Assembly: GCA_013239625.1 (NCBI GenBank) | Contig: MU053520.1 | Location: forward strand, 338,934-402,933 | DNA from: Lama guanicoe | Lineage: Eukaryota | Direction of reading: 5' to 3' | Length of the DNA stretch: 64,000 nucleotides | In this document: piece by piece, positions 49,931-63,087 of the stretch | Layout of the letters: each line of letters opens with the position of its first letter | How positions within the stretch are numbered: position 1 is the first letter of the stretch | Made by a program: the position numbers and the translations under genes | Notes under the pieces: generated by a model | Told to the model about the DNA's origin: nothing | The model's input: only the letters and a program-made list of their open reading frames with translations | Database searches by the model: none

Positions 49931-52900
49931 TGTAAAGTTCATTTTAATCCTTCACTTCTTCTCCCCACAGTGCTATTGTCTGTTGTGACTGGTGGGGGCT
50001 GCTGATGGGGGGAATGGCTTCGGATTGAAGAGGATGAAATTTCTGTGGATTCTTATTGCCTACTTTCAATTTTTATTGGTTTATTCCTTTATTACCAGAG
50101 CATATTTTGCAAGATTTTTGATACAGAATTTGCACCTTTCACAGCTGAATACTGCTAGCTTATTTTTGTTATTTTACTTCTTTTTGTTTATTTCTTTAGT
50201 TGTATAAGATGGGTTCTGTGAAGTTTGATTTACTCATGAATTTTTTTCAGCTCCCAAAATTTAGTTAACAACTTACAATTTTGGCTGCATTGTCGTAGTG
50301 ATATTACCTGTACTGTTTAAGATATTTCTCATTTAGATCTCATGCCATTTAGAGCAAGAATGACAAGGAAAGTTGCAATTTCAAGCCTTGTTTTAATTGG
50401 TTAATTTATTCTGTTTCTTAACTAATATTCTGATTCTTGACAGCATTCTTAGAAATTCTCGCTTTTATCAGAAGAGTGACAGATAATTGAGCACAGATAT
50501 TTGACTGTAAATCCACCATTTCCAATGTAAAACCAAATCAAATTTCAAATCCTATCAATGGCAAGTGAATTGAAAATACCTATCTACATAAAGGATAGAT
50601 AGTTTTTAAACTCTTAATGTTAACCAGGAACTAAACTATTTGACCTGTTGATGTTATTCCCTGTTTTGCCTGATGCCTCCATCAAGTTCGGTGGTTTGAG
50701 TAAACATACACACTCACACACACACCTTTACACATAAACCTCAGCTTTTGGTGAATTTGTCATGATTTTCAAAGAAGTTACACTGTTCTCTGTCTTTGAT
50801 AAACTCACTGCAAATATTACACTGGAAATATGGTAAAATAAATTAGTTGCTGTTCTTTATATTCTAAGTTTGTCACTGAAGAAATAGCCATTGAGAATTG
50901 GGGTCAAAGTCCCAGGAATGTCTCTCATACCTTGGAATGATTTTATTTCAACAGGAATGCTTCTACCTGAGGAAAATATTGCCATATCTAGATACCTCTG
51001 GTGAAAAGATGAAGGATGCAATGTGTACAAAAGTTCAGAAAATAAGAAAGTATATGTCAAAAACAACAAGTATCTAAAAACATGTTTCACATTTCACATA
51101 GTCAATCACAGTACATGTCCTGCAATCAGATATTCTCTCTTTTACTTGTTTGCATTTGGTGGCACTTGGAACAATAACCTTCAGACTGTAGTTTCCTTAT
51201 TCCACTTTCTCCCTTCCCAGCTAGAATTAATTTTAATCAGATGGTAATTAAAGTAGTTACTGTGTAACCAACTCACACTTTGGCAGGTAATTAGAGCTTC
51301 TAGTTTCATGCTTTTTTTTTTTTTAATCACTCTCAGCTCTTAGAAGCAGTGGCAGGTAATTCATATTTATCCTTAAATAATTCTTGTTTCAGTAATGACT
51401 TAAATTCTAATAAATCCTTTGCAACTAATTTGTCTGGGCTTTGGAATTTAAGATGGAAATTATCATTTGTTCTTCTTTCCCATAAAAAATGTATAATTCT
51501 TAGATGAATGCTATTGATTCTAAAAACCGTGATTTGTCATTAATTTATTACAAAAGAGTGGGGAGTAGTATCAGAAGGTGGGTTACCTGTGAAAACTTCA
51601 GAACAAAGATGAGTAGCATTTTTATTACTTACATTCTTATTTCTCTTGCAAGGTATCTGAATATGGTGCAAAGGATTTTCAAAAAATATTTCCATATGGA
51701 GAAAAAAAATGACCTTGAGAAATGTGGTTATATTTCTTGTTCATTTACTATATCCCGATGTTATAAAAATAAACCACTCACTTACTCATACTGAAGTAAA
51801 TACTTTCTTTATGGAACACTTGCCCACTGTCATTACTTTTAAGATGGACTCTTAAGAAATCTCCACATGCACTCATCAGGTAACATGCAAATGTCAGTAA
51901 ATGCGGCTGTTGTACATGAAATTAAAAAAGCACAAATTTCCCTTCAAAGAGGATGCCATTTCACACAGCTGTTGGTACATCATATAGCTTCCATCCTGAA
52001 GCTGCTTAATGTCATTGGTAGCCCCAGGCTCAGAGCACTGGCTCACTTGCCAATCCTGTGACCAGCCAACAGCAGCCCACCAAAATCTCTCTCCTTGGGC
52101 AGGATTTGCCTCTTAGCCATCGCCAGAGTCTAGTGAGCACCTCACTATGCATCTGGTGGTTATGAAATCTCATTTCATTATGCTACTCATTTACAGGGAA
52201 TGAAACTATAAACAAGGTGATTACTGAGTGTAATTTATGGTCCATGTAATTATATAGCTGTCAAAGTAGCTCTGGCAGTGGAATTGTGCAGAAGAGGGCT
52301 GTATTTTTCCCTAGTCTACTGTCTGTTAATTGTCCACAGCTGCAAATAATTTTTGTACCGCAGGATCTGCAACCTTCAGTTTGGAGAGCCCAGTTACTGC
52401 TGGTTATAATTACCTACCTGACTGGAAATGCTGGCCTATTGGCTTTGAAGACCTTTTGGTGTTGGAAAATTATTCCTCCAGCTTTTTGGACAATGGGAAA
52501 GAACACATCTACCTTCCTTGTGGGAGTAAAAGTGACCTAATGAAGTATAGCAGGTAATAAAATACAGAGCCATGAACATATCTCTATCTCTAAGTATCTA
52601 TCTATTTATATTTATACTTAGATGTACATAAAAAAGTAACAGTGGTAGAAAAATAACAGTCCTTCTATAATGAAAAATAAACAGAAACAAAATCTATTTT
52701 GTCCTTTCTCAATAAATTAGACCTTTGATTATCACTTTATTAAGCACATCCCATCACTTACGATTTGTGAGGGAAACCATGTCTGCAAATAGTAAGAAAC
52801 AAGTGAAACGTTCCAGAGTACTTCAACCTGTTGCCAAAATAGACAGGTGAAGAACAAAGCACAGAGTGGACCATTAAAGCCAAAGGTTTTGTTTATACAG

Positions 52901-55900
52901 CTACAGATCTGATCTGATGGGCTTGTTTCCCACCCCCGACTCCCCCAAACAGAATCACTAGTTGTTTTTGCTGTTTTCATTTTACAGACATTGCCTGGAA
53001 AGCATAAGCTCTTTTTCATGCACCAGGGTAGCTTGTGCTGCCTATGCACTGAAAATTTTATTGCACAAACAGGTATATAAATTATATTGCCTTTATAAAT
53101 GGATCAGAAGCCTTCTTATCTTTGATTATTTTCAGCTTCCTCTGTTGCTTCATAGCAGTTGATAACAAGACCATAGAATTAGTGTCTTCTTGTCCTTTTC
53201 TGCTATTTCTAGGATTAAATCTATCAGATTTCCGCATCAGAGTTTCTCCTGAACAATAGCAAAGTTTGTAATATAGTCATCATTTTCCTTAAAACTAGGG
53301 AATAGTCAGAGAGTGGAAGGTTTTGTTCCTGAGATTTGACATATATAAATGTTAATCCCAATGAGAAGTAATTAATTCATTTTTAATTTCTGAGTTAAAA
53401 TAAAAAACTATACTAATGGTGTTACAGTTAAGGAGGATTTTATATATTTATGAGTAGGAAGCAAATTAATTTTACTTAAAATTTTTGACATCCTACTGTG
53501 TGTCAAATATATTATGTAATTTTCTAACAGGCTATGACATAACAGTAATTTGACAGGTAGAACATTTATCCATCAGGAAATAATATTGTTGGAAGGAGTC
53601 TTTGAGAGGGTCTAGGTATAGGAAAACTTGTCTTTGTCTTGAACTTGATAAAATCATATATTACAACTATCAACCAGTGAACATTTTTAAAAAGCAATTT
53701 GTCAATTTTATCAATGCCATGTGGTCCTTTATATTCAACTTAAGAAGTAAGTATTTATAGTCAGAAAGGTGTTCATCTAAAGCATTCTTTATTAATAGTA
53801 AAAAATTAGAGGCAACATAAATTCCATTTCATGGAAGATGATTTTAGTAAATCATGATATATAACTAAGACACAAATTGAAGTGAAATGAGCAAGGTGAA
53901 ATATTGTATTGTAACACTAACTTTAAAATGAGTAAACTTACAGAAAACTGAAAATAAGTGGAAAAGAGAAAAATAAAAAGCAAACAGGTTGATAAAGCGA
54001 AGCATAGCTTTACTTTAAAAGTACAATTATTAAAGAGCAATTTGTTTAAAACAGATTACAGAATATTTTAAGATAAAGCAAAAGTTGCTTCCCCCTCCAG
54101 GTTCCTATTGAACTCTGAGATTCTTAAAGACCCCATCTGGCTGGCCACAGAACTCTGACTTCCCAGGGAGGAGCCAGAGCTCTGCATCAGTTGGCAAGCT
54201 TTAAAATGGCCAGGATATTCCCATGCAGTCATTCGATGGATTACAATCTGCTGCTGGCTCTGATGCCTTCAGGCAAAGAGTTAGAAAATGTCTGTACTTC
54301 CTAAAGTGCTTTATTTGTCAGTGGCAGTACAGCCAATGGGGCAGAGTTTCAGAGGGATATGCATTTGTAGTCAGGTTGCAGAAATTGTTTGGTGAAAAGG
54401 AGACTGTCAAAACCAGCATCTCCTCCAAGTTAATAAAAATTCACAGTGGGCAATCCTATGTAAAGAATCTCTCTTTGTGATCTAGAGTTACTACAGATTT
54501 AGCTTCAGTTTTGCAGGGCTCCAGCACAAACTAATTTTCAGGTACTGTGAGTCACTGTACAATAGAAAGCTAAAGAAAATATAAAGCAAATTGAAGTTAA
54601 TTTTCAAGAGAAAAATATCAAATCATGATGTCAAATAATTTACTTTGTTCTTAACAACTAGGTGAATCTGTGGAGTCATATTTTATTTAATGATAATGTA
54701 TCATATTTCAAGATAAAATGAATATCAATTCTCCAATATCCTACCATGCAAATCTCAATATAGGAGAAAACTGTAATTGATTTGACATTGATTAATCCAA
54801 ACACGCATACTCTTTTTGCTTACTTTTCTGAATAAAATTATCATATATTTCTTTATTCTGCATTCTTTTCCATATTCATGGCATTCACTGGACATGGAAT
54901 AGTTCTATCCTCTCCCTCCTTAGAAACATTTTTGTCTCTCCTACCCCCTTTTCTCCCAACTCATAAATGCATGTGCATATTTCTCCATCCTTGATCACAT
55001 TTCAGATGCAAGTGCATTTGAGTGACTTGAGAATTCTATTCTAGTACTACAGGCTTTCCAAAAACAGAGGGTCAGATTGGCCCAGGGAAGAAATGACTCC
55101 TTTAAATGTCTCATGTTACAAATAGAAAATACAAACCTATTAAAATTAGCTTACTCTTCTCACTTAAGCAAAACAGAAGAGAGAGCAAATGCAGCTGAAG
55201 TTTATCATCCGATTCTTTCTATTAACCACAAAATCCTCATCTGTGTACCATATCCCTCCCTATCATTTTCTCTCTCCCTCAAGGGTTCTCATAAAAAAAT
55301 TATTTTAATTCCCTTGATTTGCTGGGTACAAATGTGTTTTCATACTGTGGCAATTAAAGACTTTTTAAAAAAAGACCTATATCCTAGACTTGGGCTCTAT
55401 CTTAGGCTTTGAGGAAACTGCCACTCTTCTTTTTTCTCCAAAATGTGGTTATTTATGGTACTCTTCTGTCATTATACTTCTTAGGCTACCTCTGTTGAGT
55501 TTGTGTGGGAGCAGGGAAGGTGATATATTTAAATTACACTCCTATACCTTGGGTAGGAAAGAGCAATTTGTCTCTCAGCTCTCACTTCACTGCTCTCCAA
55601 TGTGGTTGCTGTAAAACTTGATTGCCTTCTTTCCCATTTCCTGAGGGGGATTGGAAAAATCCTTTTTAACAAGAGATGTTGATCTGAATATGCAGAGTAT
55701 TTTAATTGAGCACTTTTTGCCACCCTACTCTTGTAAAAATATTTAATGACACAGCTGCTAAGAAAAGGATATTTAAACCTAGACATGATGTTCATAGCAA
55801 TTGAACTGGTTGCATTCAATTCAATAGCCAAATATACCATGGAATACATGATTTGGGGAAAGTATGTCTCCCAAAGGAAGAAAACGTTTCTCCAGGAAAC

Positions 55901-57407
55901 TTTCTCAACAAGATGTCAGATTTGCATATGTCTTTTTGATACGTGTCGGTATTTTAAATCTCCCTTCACTTCAGGCTAATTGACAGTGATTCCTGCATTT
56001 ATCACCCTATTTCAGAAAAACACATAATTGTCCTAATTTTCATTTTCTCCTATATTCTCTTTTCTTTAAAAAAAAGTTTTCTTTCCCTGGTGTTTATCTC
56101 ATTAACACAATGTTGAATTATTTCCATCTGGCAAGCCAGGGAAATTGCCTAGTATTATGGAGACCAAGCCAAAAACTAACATGATAAATTATTTATTACT
56201 TCTGGCCCTCTGGTTCATTTACCATGATGGGGGTTGTAGAAATAGTTTGTCATTGCTTATTTGCAATCTTTTTATTTAAAGGGAAAGTAAATACTATATT
56301 TCTGAATAGAGGAGAAATACTGATATGCAACCAAATAAACTAGGAATACCTGTGTCGAGGTCCAAACTTTGAAGTCAGTTATGGTGGATGGAGATATCCA
56401 CTGTACATTGTGCAAAGATATCCATTGCATATAAAGGGTGAACATTTTATAACTGAGCATTATTACTGATAGGCAAATTTATGGCAATACTGCTCCTAAG
56501 AGAGAGCTCCAATAAACCGGTAATAAGCTGGAAGCATATCACCACTTACCAGTACTATCCATAATCTGTCAGGTTTAGACTGGGAGAAAAAGCATAATGG
56601 CAGGAGCAAAGAAGAGTGAGAAAATGAATGAAGTACAATTAAGAAGGAACAATATGACTAAGAAGTAGTTTTCTCAGATTCTGGTGACATTTAGCCTGAT
56701 GTGACAATTAGTCTGAGTGAAGGATAAGGATGTCAAAATCTCCAAAGCACACTAAATAGTGATGAATAGGTCCTTTAATGCTTTGTAATGATTACTACAA
56801 AGGAAGTAAATGGCATATCTACACATACAGTAATAAAATATATTTGTGCCTTAAGTATGCATACCATGTAACATATACTGTAGTACATATAAAAGAGTGA
56901 AACAATTAACTTTTCTGTGTTGCTGCTAACAGAGGGATATTTTGATGGTGCTAAATGAGAAGTGTGTCATGGTATTCTTCTCATTATTCTCTATGAAAAA
57001 AAGAAAAAGAGTTTGAAATGAGCAAGGAAGATGATTAGATGTCTTTTGTAGCACATCTACAAATTGGTTTATCTTTACCTATCAGTCTTCATGTCACTCT
57101 GTAACTATAAATTGTAGAAAACTGATAGTACTACAGATTATGCTTGTCCATAGGAATGCAAATAAATTTATTTCTAGTTGAGGTGCAATTGATTATTCCC
57201 TGTAGATACTTAACAGCTGCCCCCATTTGTATGTTGATTTTAGTGTTTGTGATTGATTGTGTATGTGCTTGAATTTGTCTTTGTACTGCATGAATAAACC
57301 CTGATAAGTACTACTTTTTACAAAAATCTATCTCAGCAGGACATATATATCCAGGTGTGCTTCATATTGCATCAGCACTTAGGGTATCTTAAAAAAAAAT
57401 AGAAGTA

Positions 57408-60400
57408 AAGAGTCAGATTAAGATGTCTGGATAGAAGGATGCAGAGCTCATCTCCTCCCACATATATATCAAAAATAAATCTATATGATTCTCACAGAAT
57501 ACCTACTGAACTCTGACAGAAGTTCTCATACATTCAAAGTTATAAGAAAGATCTCCATGTAACTAGACAGGACAACAAAACAAACAAAGAATTGGGAAGG
57601 AACTGGCACTCCTTGGAGGGAGCTGTGAAAAGGGAAAGGTTCTTTCACCCTAGGAAGTGCCTTCACCAGTGGAGAGATCAGCCCAGACAGAAAGGGAGTT
57701 CCTGAAGCTTACAGGAGAGTGCAGCTGCTGGTTTGTGGCAGGCAGAACAGAGAGAGACCAGCACAGAAGATCCTTGTCATCTCTCCACACTCCCCAGCCC
57801 AAGATGCACACCTGTTGGTGCATGGCAGCTGAGTACTAAAACTGGGGCTTCGAGGACAGACCCAGAGAGAAGACTGGGGTTGGCACCTCAGCGACAGCCT
57901 GAAGGGACTGGAGTGTGGTACAGGCCACAACTGGGAGTGTGTGCAATGGCTTAACTTCCCTATATACTGTTAATGCATGCTAAGGTGGGGGTGTGGGATC
58001 CTACCATAGAAGCCTCTTTCTCAGCATGCTCACAGAGGCATGGCTGCACCATAGAAACCCCATTGTAACACACGTCCAAGAGGGGAGGGGCAGGGCCTTG
58101 CCCTAGCAGCCTCCTTCTCAGCAAGCCTGCAGCTGGTGTGACTCTGACTCTAAGAGCCCTGGGAGCAGGCAAGCACTGGTGAGGTCCCCCCAGGTGGAGG
58201 TGGAACTGAAATCTGAGCCTTGTCCCAGGCAGCTTTGGAAGATTTACCCAGCTAATGCCTTTGTAAGATCAGCATCTGTGAGACATTAGAGATAATTACT
58301 GTGTGTGGCTAGGGCAGGTCTGGTGTTAACAGCAGGCACACACAGGCAGAAGCAAGGCTGGGGTATGTGCTGACACCTTAGCTCCCACGGCGGTCCAGGT
58401 GCACGACTGCATCTGACTACACTGGGTGCTGGTGACTAACTTTAATGAATTTGCCCTTGTGACTTTGTGAGGACAGCTCCTGAGGGATCTTCAGACAGCC
58501 TACATTTCCAAGGCTGAGGTGGGGCTGAACACAGCACCAACAACAGTGTACTTTGTGAGCCTGCACAATGGGTGACAGACAACACCAAAGAGTGCACATC
58601 TCAGTAGACAACTCCTGCAGAGGAAAACTTCAGCAGCTCCTCTTCCAGTGGAAGGGCTCCAACCTCACACTGCAGCTCAGAAATGGATCTGGGGGCTCTA
58701 CTACAACTGGAAAGCAGACAAAGCACGACCACAGAGCAAAGAGGAGGCCCTGCTCAGCATCCAGCACAGACTCTGGTCACCACAGTCACACCCCCTTCAA
58801 GGGGATAGTAGCCTGCACGCATGGAGGAAGGATGTGGCAGACACCATACTAAAACATTCCTTGAAATAAAAATATTGGATGCACACAGCCTACACAGGAA
58901 CACTCCCACATAAAACTAGCTCTTCAAGACTACAGTGGATAACTGTTACTCCTAAATTCATAATCGGAGAAATCTAGGTAAAATGAAGAAGCAGAGGAAC
59001 TACTCCCAATTAAAAGAACAAGAGAAATTTCCTGAAAGAACAATTAAACTGACAACTCTAGTCTATGAGAACTTGGGTTAAAAAAGGGGATAATAAAAAT
59101 ACTGAAGGAATTAAGAAAGGCTTTTGATAGAAATGTAGATCACTGCAACAAGGAACTAGAAACTATAAAGAGGAACAAGGGAAATTAGAAAACTTCCTTG
59201 CCAAGATGATAGCTGAGCTAAAGGCAATAAATAACAAACAGAATGATGCAGAAGAATGAATAAGTGATCTGGAAGACAGAATTAGCAAAATTGCTCAATT
59301 AGAACAGCAGACAGAAAGCTTAAAAAAATAAAAGCGACAGAATAAGCAAAATTGCTCAATTAGAACAGCAGACAGAAAGCTTAAAAAAATAAAAGCAATA
59401 TAAGATTTTTGTGGGTAATATAAAGCATGCCAAACTATCCATAATAGGGGTCCCAGAAGAAGAAAGAGAAAATGGAATCAAAAACATACTTAAAGAAATT
59501 TGACTGAAATCTTCCCAAACCTAATGAAGGAAACAGACGTCCAGAAACAGGAAGCCAAGATGGTGCCAAACAAAATAAACACCAAGACACATTACAATTA
59601 CAAAGGCTATTGAAGATGAGACTATAAGGGCAGCAAGAGAGAAAGAGTTACTTACAAGGGAACAGCCATAAAGCTATAAGGTGTTTTCTCTACAAAAATG
59701 TGCAGCGCAGAGGGAATATCAAGATATATTCAGAGTCATGAAAGGGGAAAAGTTGCAACGTAAGATGCTCTACCCAGCAAGATTATCATTTAGAACAGGA
59801 GAGATAAAGAATTTCTCAGACAAGCAAAAACCAGAAGAATACAGCAGCTCTAAACCTATCCTTAAATAAACATTGAAAAGTCTTCTCTAAATAGACTAGA
59901 AGCAAAAATCTATAGAAAAGAGAAAGTCATAGTTGAAAATATGGTGTTAAATACAATGAATAGCAAAACAATAAACATGAAGATGAAAAAGGGGATATCA
60001 AAATCATAAAACGTGGAGGAGTGGAGTAAGAAAACCTTGGAAATGTTTTTAGAATGTGTTTGAACTTCTATGATGATCAGTCTAAAGCAATTAGATATAT
60101 TAATGGGCTAACATACTTGAAAAACAGGATAACCACAAGTCAAAAACATACAATGCAGTCACAAAAACCAAAAAAAGAGAGAACTCAAGCATAATACAAA
60201 ATAAAATTGATCAAATTACACAAGGAAAAACAAAAAGAAAAAGAAAGAAACGAAGAAGAAATACAAAATCAACTCAAAAACAAGATTCAAAAGGGCAATA
60301 AATACAAATCTATTAATACCTACCTTAAATTTCAATGGTCTAAGTGCTCCAGTCAAAAAATGTGAACTGGCAGATTGGATATGAAACAAGAGACTTCAAT

Positions 60401-61682
60401 ATGCTGCCTACAAGAGAGCCACTTTAGGGTGTAGGACTCACAAAGATTGAGAATGAGGAGATGGAAAAAGATATTTCACATAATGGAAATGAGAAGAGGA
60501 GGTAGCAATATTCACATCAGACAAAATGGACTTTTACACAACGGCCATATTGAAAGATAAAGAAGGACATTGCATAATGATAAAAGGATCAATACAAGAA
60601 GAGAATATTACACTCATTGACATATATGTACCCAATAGAGGAGCACCCAAAAACATAAAACAAATATTAACAGACATAAAGGAAGAAATTGATGAGAATA
60701 TAGCAATAGTATTCTCCACTAACATCAACGGATAGATCTTCTAGATAGAAAATCAATAAGGTGACAAAGATCCTAATGACACAATAGAACAGTTAGACTT
60801 AATTGATATTTTCAAGACATTACATCCCCCCCCAAAATAGAATATACATTATTTTCAGTTGCACATGGAACAGGAGACAGAATGACCATCATGAAAAAGT
60901 CCACAAATAATAAATCCTGGAAAAGAGTGTGGAGGAAAGGGAACTCTCCTATACTGTCAGTGAGAATTTAATTTGGTGCAGCCACTATGGAAAATAGTAT
61001 GGAGATTCCATAAAACACTAAAAATAGATTTATCATATGATCCAGCATTCCCACCCTTGGGTACATACCTGGAAAAGACAAAAACTCTAATTTGAAAAGA
61101 TACATGCACTCCAATGTTCATAGCAGCACTATTTACAATGGCCAAGACATGGAAGCAAACTAAATGTGCATTGACAGAAAAATGGATAAAGAGGCAGTAT
61201 ATGTGGGGTGGAATACTACTCAGCCATGAAAAAGAATGAGTGCCATTTGCAGCAATATGTATGGACCTAGTGATTATCATACTAAGTGAAGTAAGTCATA
61301 CAATACAAATATATTGTATTATAATATACAAATATATTGCTTATATGTGGAATCTAAAAAATGATACAAATGGACTTATTTACAAAACAGGAAGAGAATT
61401 ATACATAGAAAACAAACAAATGGCTACTAAATGCAAAAAAAGGGGAGAGATAAATTGAGAGTTTTGAATTAGCTGATACAAGCTACTATATATAAAATAA
61501 ATAAGCAAGGTCCTGATATAGCATGGGGAAGTACATTCAATATCTTGTAATAATCTATAATAAAAATTCTGATAAAATAATATATATATGCATACCTGAA
61601 TCAATATGCTATACACCAAAAATTAAAACAACATTGTACATCAACTATACTTCAATAAAAAATGAAAAAATTAAAAATAAAG
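57408..61682 (+). mobile_element. LINE-1 with both ends present but most of ORF2 deleted
   Basis: 5' UTR homologous to the one at 10968; ORF1 from ATG 58983 to ~59890; ORF2 EN remnant 60292-60872 joined to the ORF2 C-terminus; 3' UTR and A tail to ~61682. No convincing TSD. Confidence 0.9.
59275..59396 (+). repeat. 61-bp tandem duplication in L1 ORF1
   Basis: 59275-59335 and 59336-59396 differ at one base (aattagc vs aataagc). Confidence 0.95.
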
Positions 61683-62654
61683 ACGAGAGTAAAATGATTG
61701 AATACTGCGTAATTATAATATTACTCTGATATTTCTGTGCTTTTAGCTATCAACTCTATAAATAAAATTTTTCATTGCAATCACTATATATTATTATACA
61801 TCTTCAAAATTTCAATTCATATTCTAATTTAATTAGTTCTATCCCATCCGATGGCTAATGGATTATCTTCACACTTATGTTATGAACTAGCAATACCAAT
61901 GCCATTTGGACCCCGAGTTCAATATTTTTTTTATTCCACAAGAATATATATAACAGGAACTGGGAATCACTGGGAGTCACCTTAATGGCTGCCTACCATA
62001 TCATATTCATAAATAACCATATTTAAAGCACTGCTATTCTTGAACAACAATCACTGTATTTTCATAACTATTTCTTTAGCTTACTGTAGAATTGGGCAAG
62101 ATATATTTTATTAATCAACTTAGTGACAAGTTACCAACTATGCAAGTTTGTTCTCATGAGATAAGCTTAGACATATGACCTAGTCCTTGATTACAGACTG
62201 AGGTAACATAATTTACAATTAAAACAGAAACAAAAATAAACTTTTCATAATAAAAGGAAAAAAAACAAAAATGAAATTTGTTATTCTTGAGCTTACATTT
62301 ACAAGAGAAAAAATGTCTTCTCTAAGCAGAGTTGAAAAATGTCTAGTTTATTAAATACTGAGTTTAATTGGATGAAGAATGCACTGTTTATTATCCTAGA
62401 AAAGTGATTGTGAGGAAGTTCTGCTAATATGATTGTTACTAACAAGTCTGAACACAAGAAAGTCTCTAGTTGAAAGTCTCATGAATTATCCATGGGAATG
62501 TAGGGATGATGGGCAAAGAGGGTGGGGGACTACAGAATCTTGGCACCTTTCTGGCATTCAATTAAAAAAAGAAGAAAGTTCTGTCTAGCCTGTGAAAGAA
62601 CATATGTGCACTTAAATATTATTTAGAAAATTATTCTTGCCCCCATTGTTAAGA

Positions 62655-62895
62655 TCATGTGCTTTGGACCAGTATGCTATGATTCAAGTAGAAATTCTAT
62701 TTCAAACTAGCTCAGTGATTTTGGCCTAATTACCTTATTGACTTACAATTCAACTTCCTAAGGTATAAAAAATGGTATAGTAACAGTGTCTGCCTCACAT
62801 TTTAGTGTGCAAATTAAATGTAATAAGAATAGATGTGAAATCCTTTAAATGTATTCAGCACATAAGTGCTCAGAAATACAACATTTTATTGTCTA
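62655..62895 (+). mobile_element. MIR SINE
   Basis: gtgctttggacca...aaaatggtatagtaacagtgtctgcctcac...attaaatgtaataa...taagtgctcagaaat. Confidence 0.65.
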
Positions 62896-62910
62896 TCAAT
62901 AGAACTTTAG

Positions 62911-63087
62911 CAACAAGGACCTACTATAACAAGCACAGGAAACTATATTCAATATCTTGCAACAAGGTATAATGGAAAATAATCTGAAAAAATATATATA
63001 TGTGTGTATAACTGCATCACTGCTGTACACCTGAAACTAATGTTGAGAATCAACTACACTTTGAATAAAAAATAAAATTAAATCAAA
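62911..63087 (+). mobile_element. 5'-truncated L1 3' UTR stub
   Basis: caacaaggacctacta...acaggaaactatattcaatatcttg...tcaactacacttt plus A tail; 13-bp TSD aata(g/c)aactttag at 62898-62910 and 63088-63100. Confidence 0.88.

Noticed and set aside
59275..59396. CRISPR-like repeat array
   Set aside because: Two adjacent units, no spacers, eukaryotic L1 context.
57391..61695. TSD for the internally deleted L1
   Set aside because: Flanks share only A-rich similarity (agtaaa); no convincing duplication.
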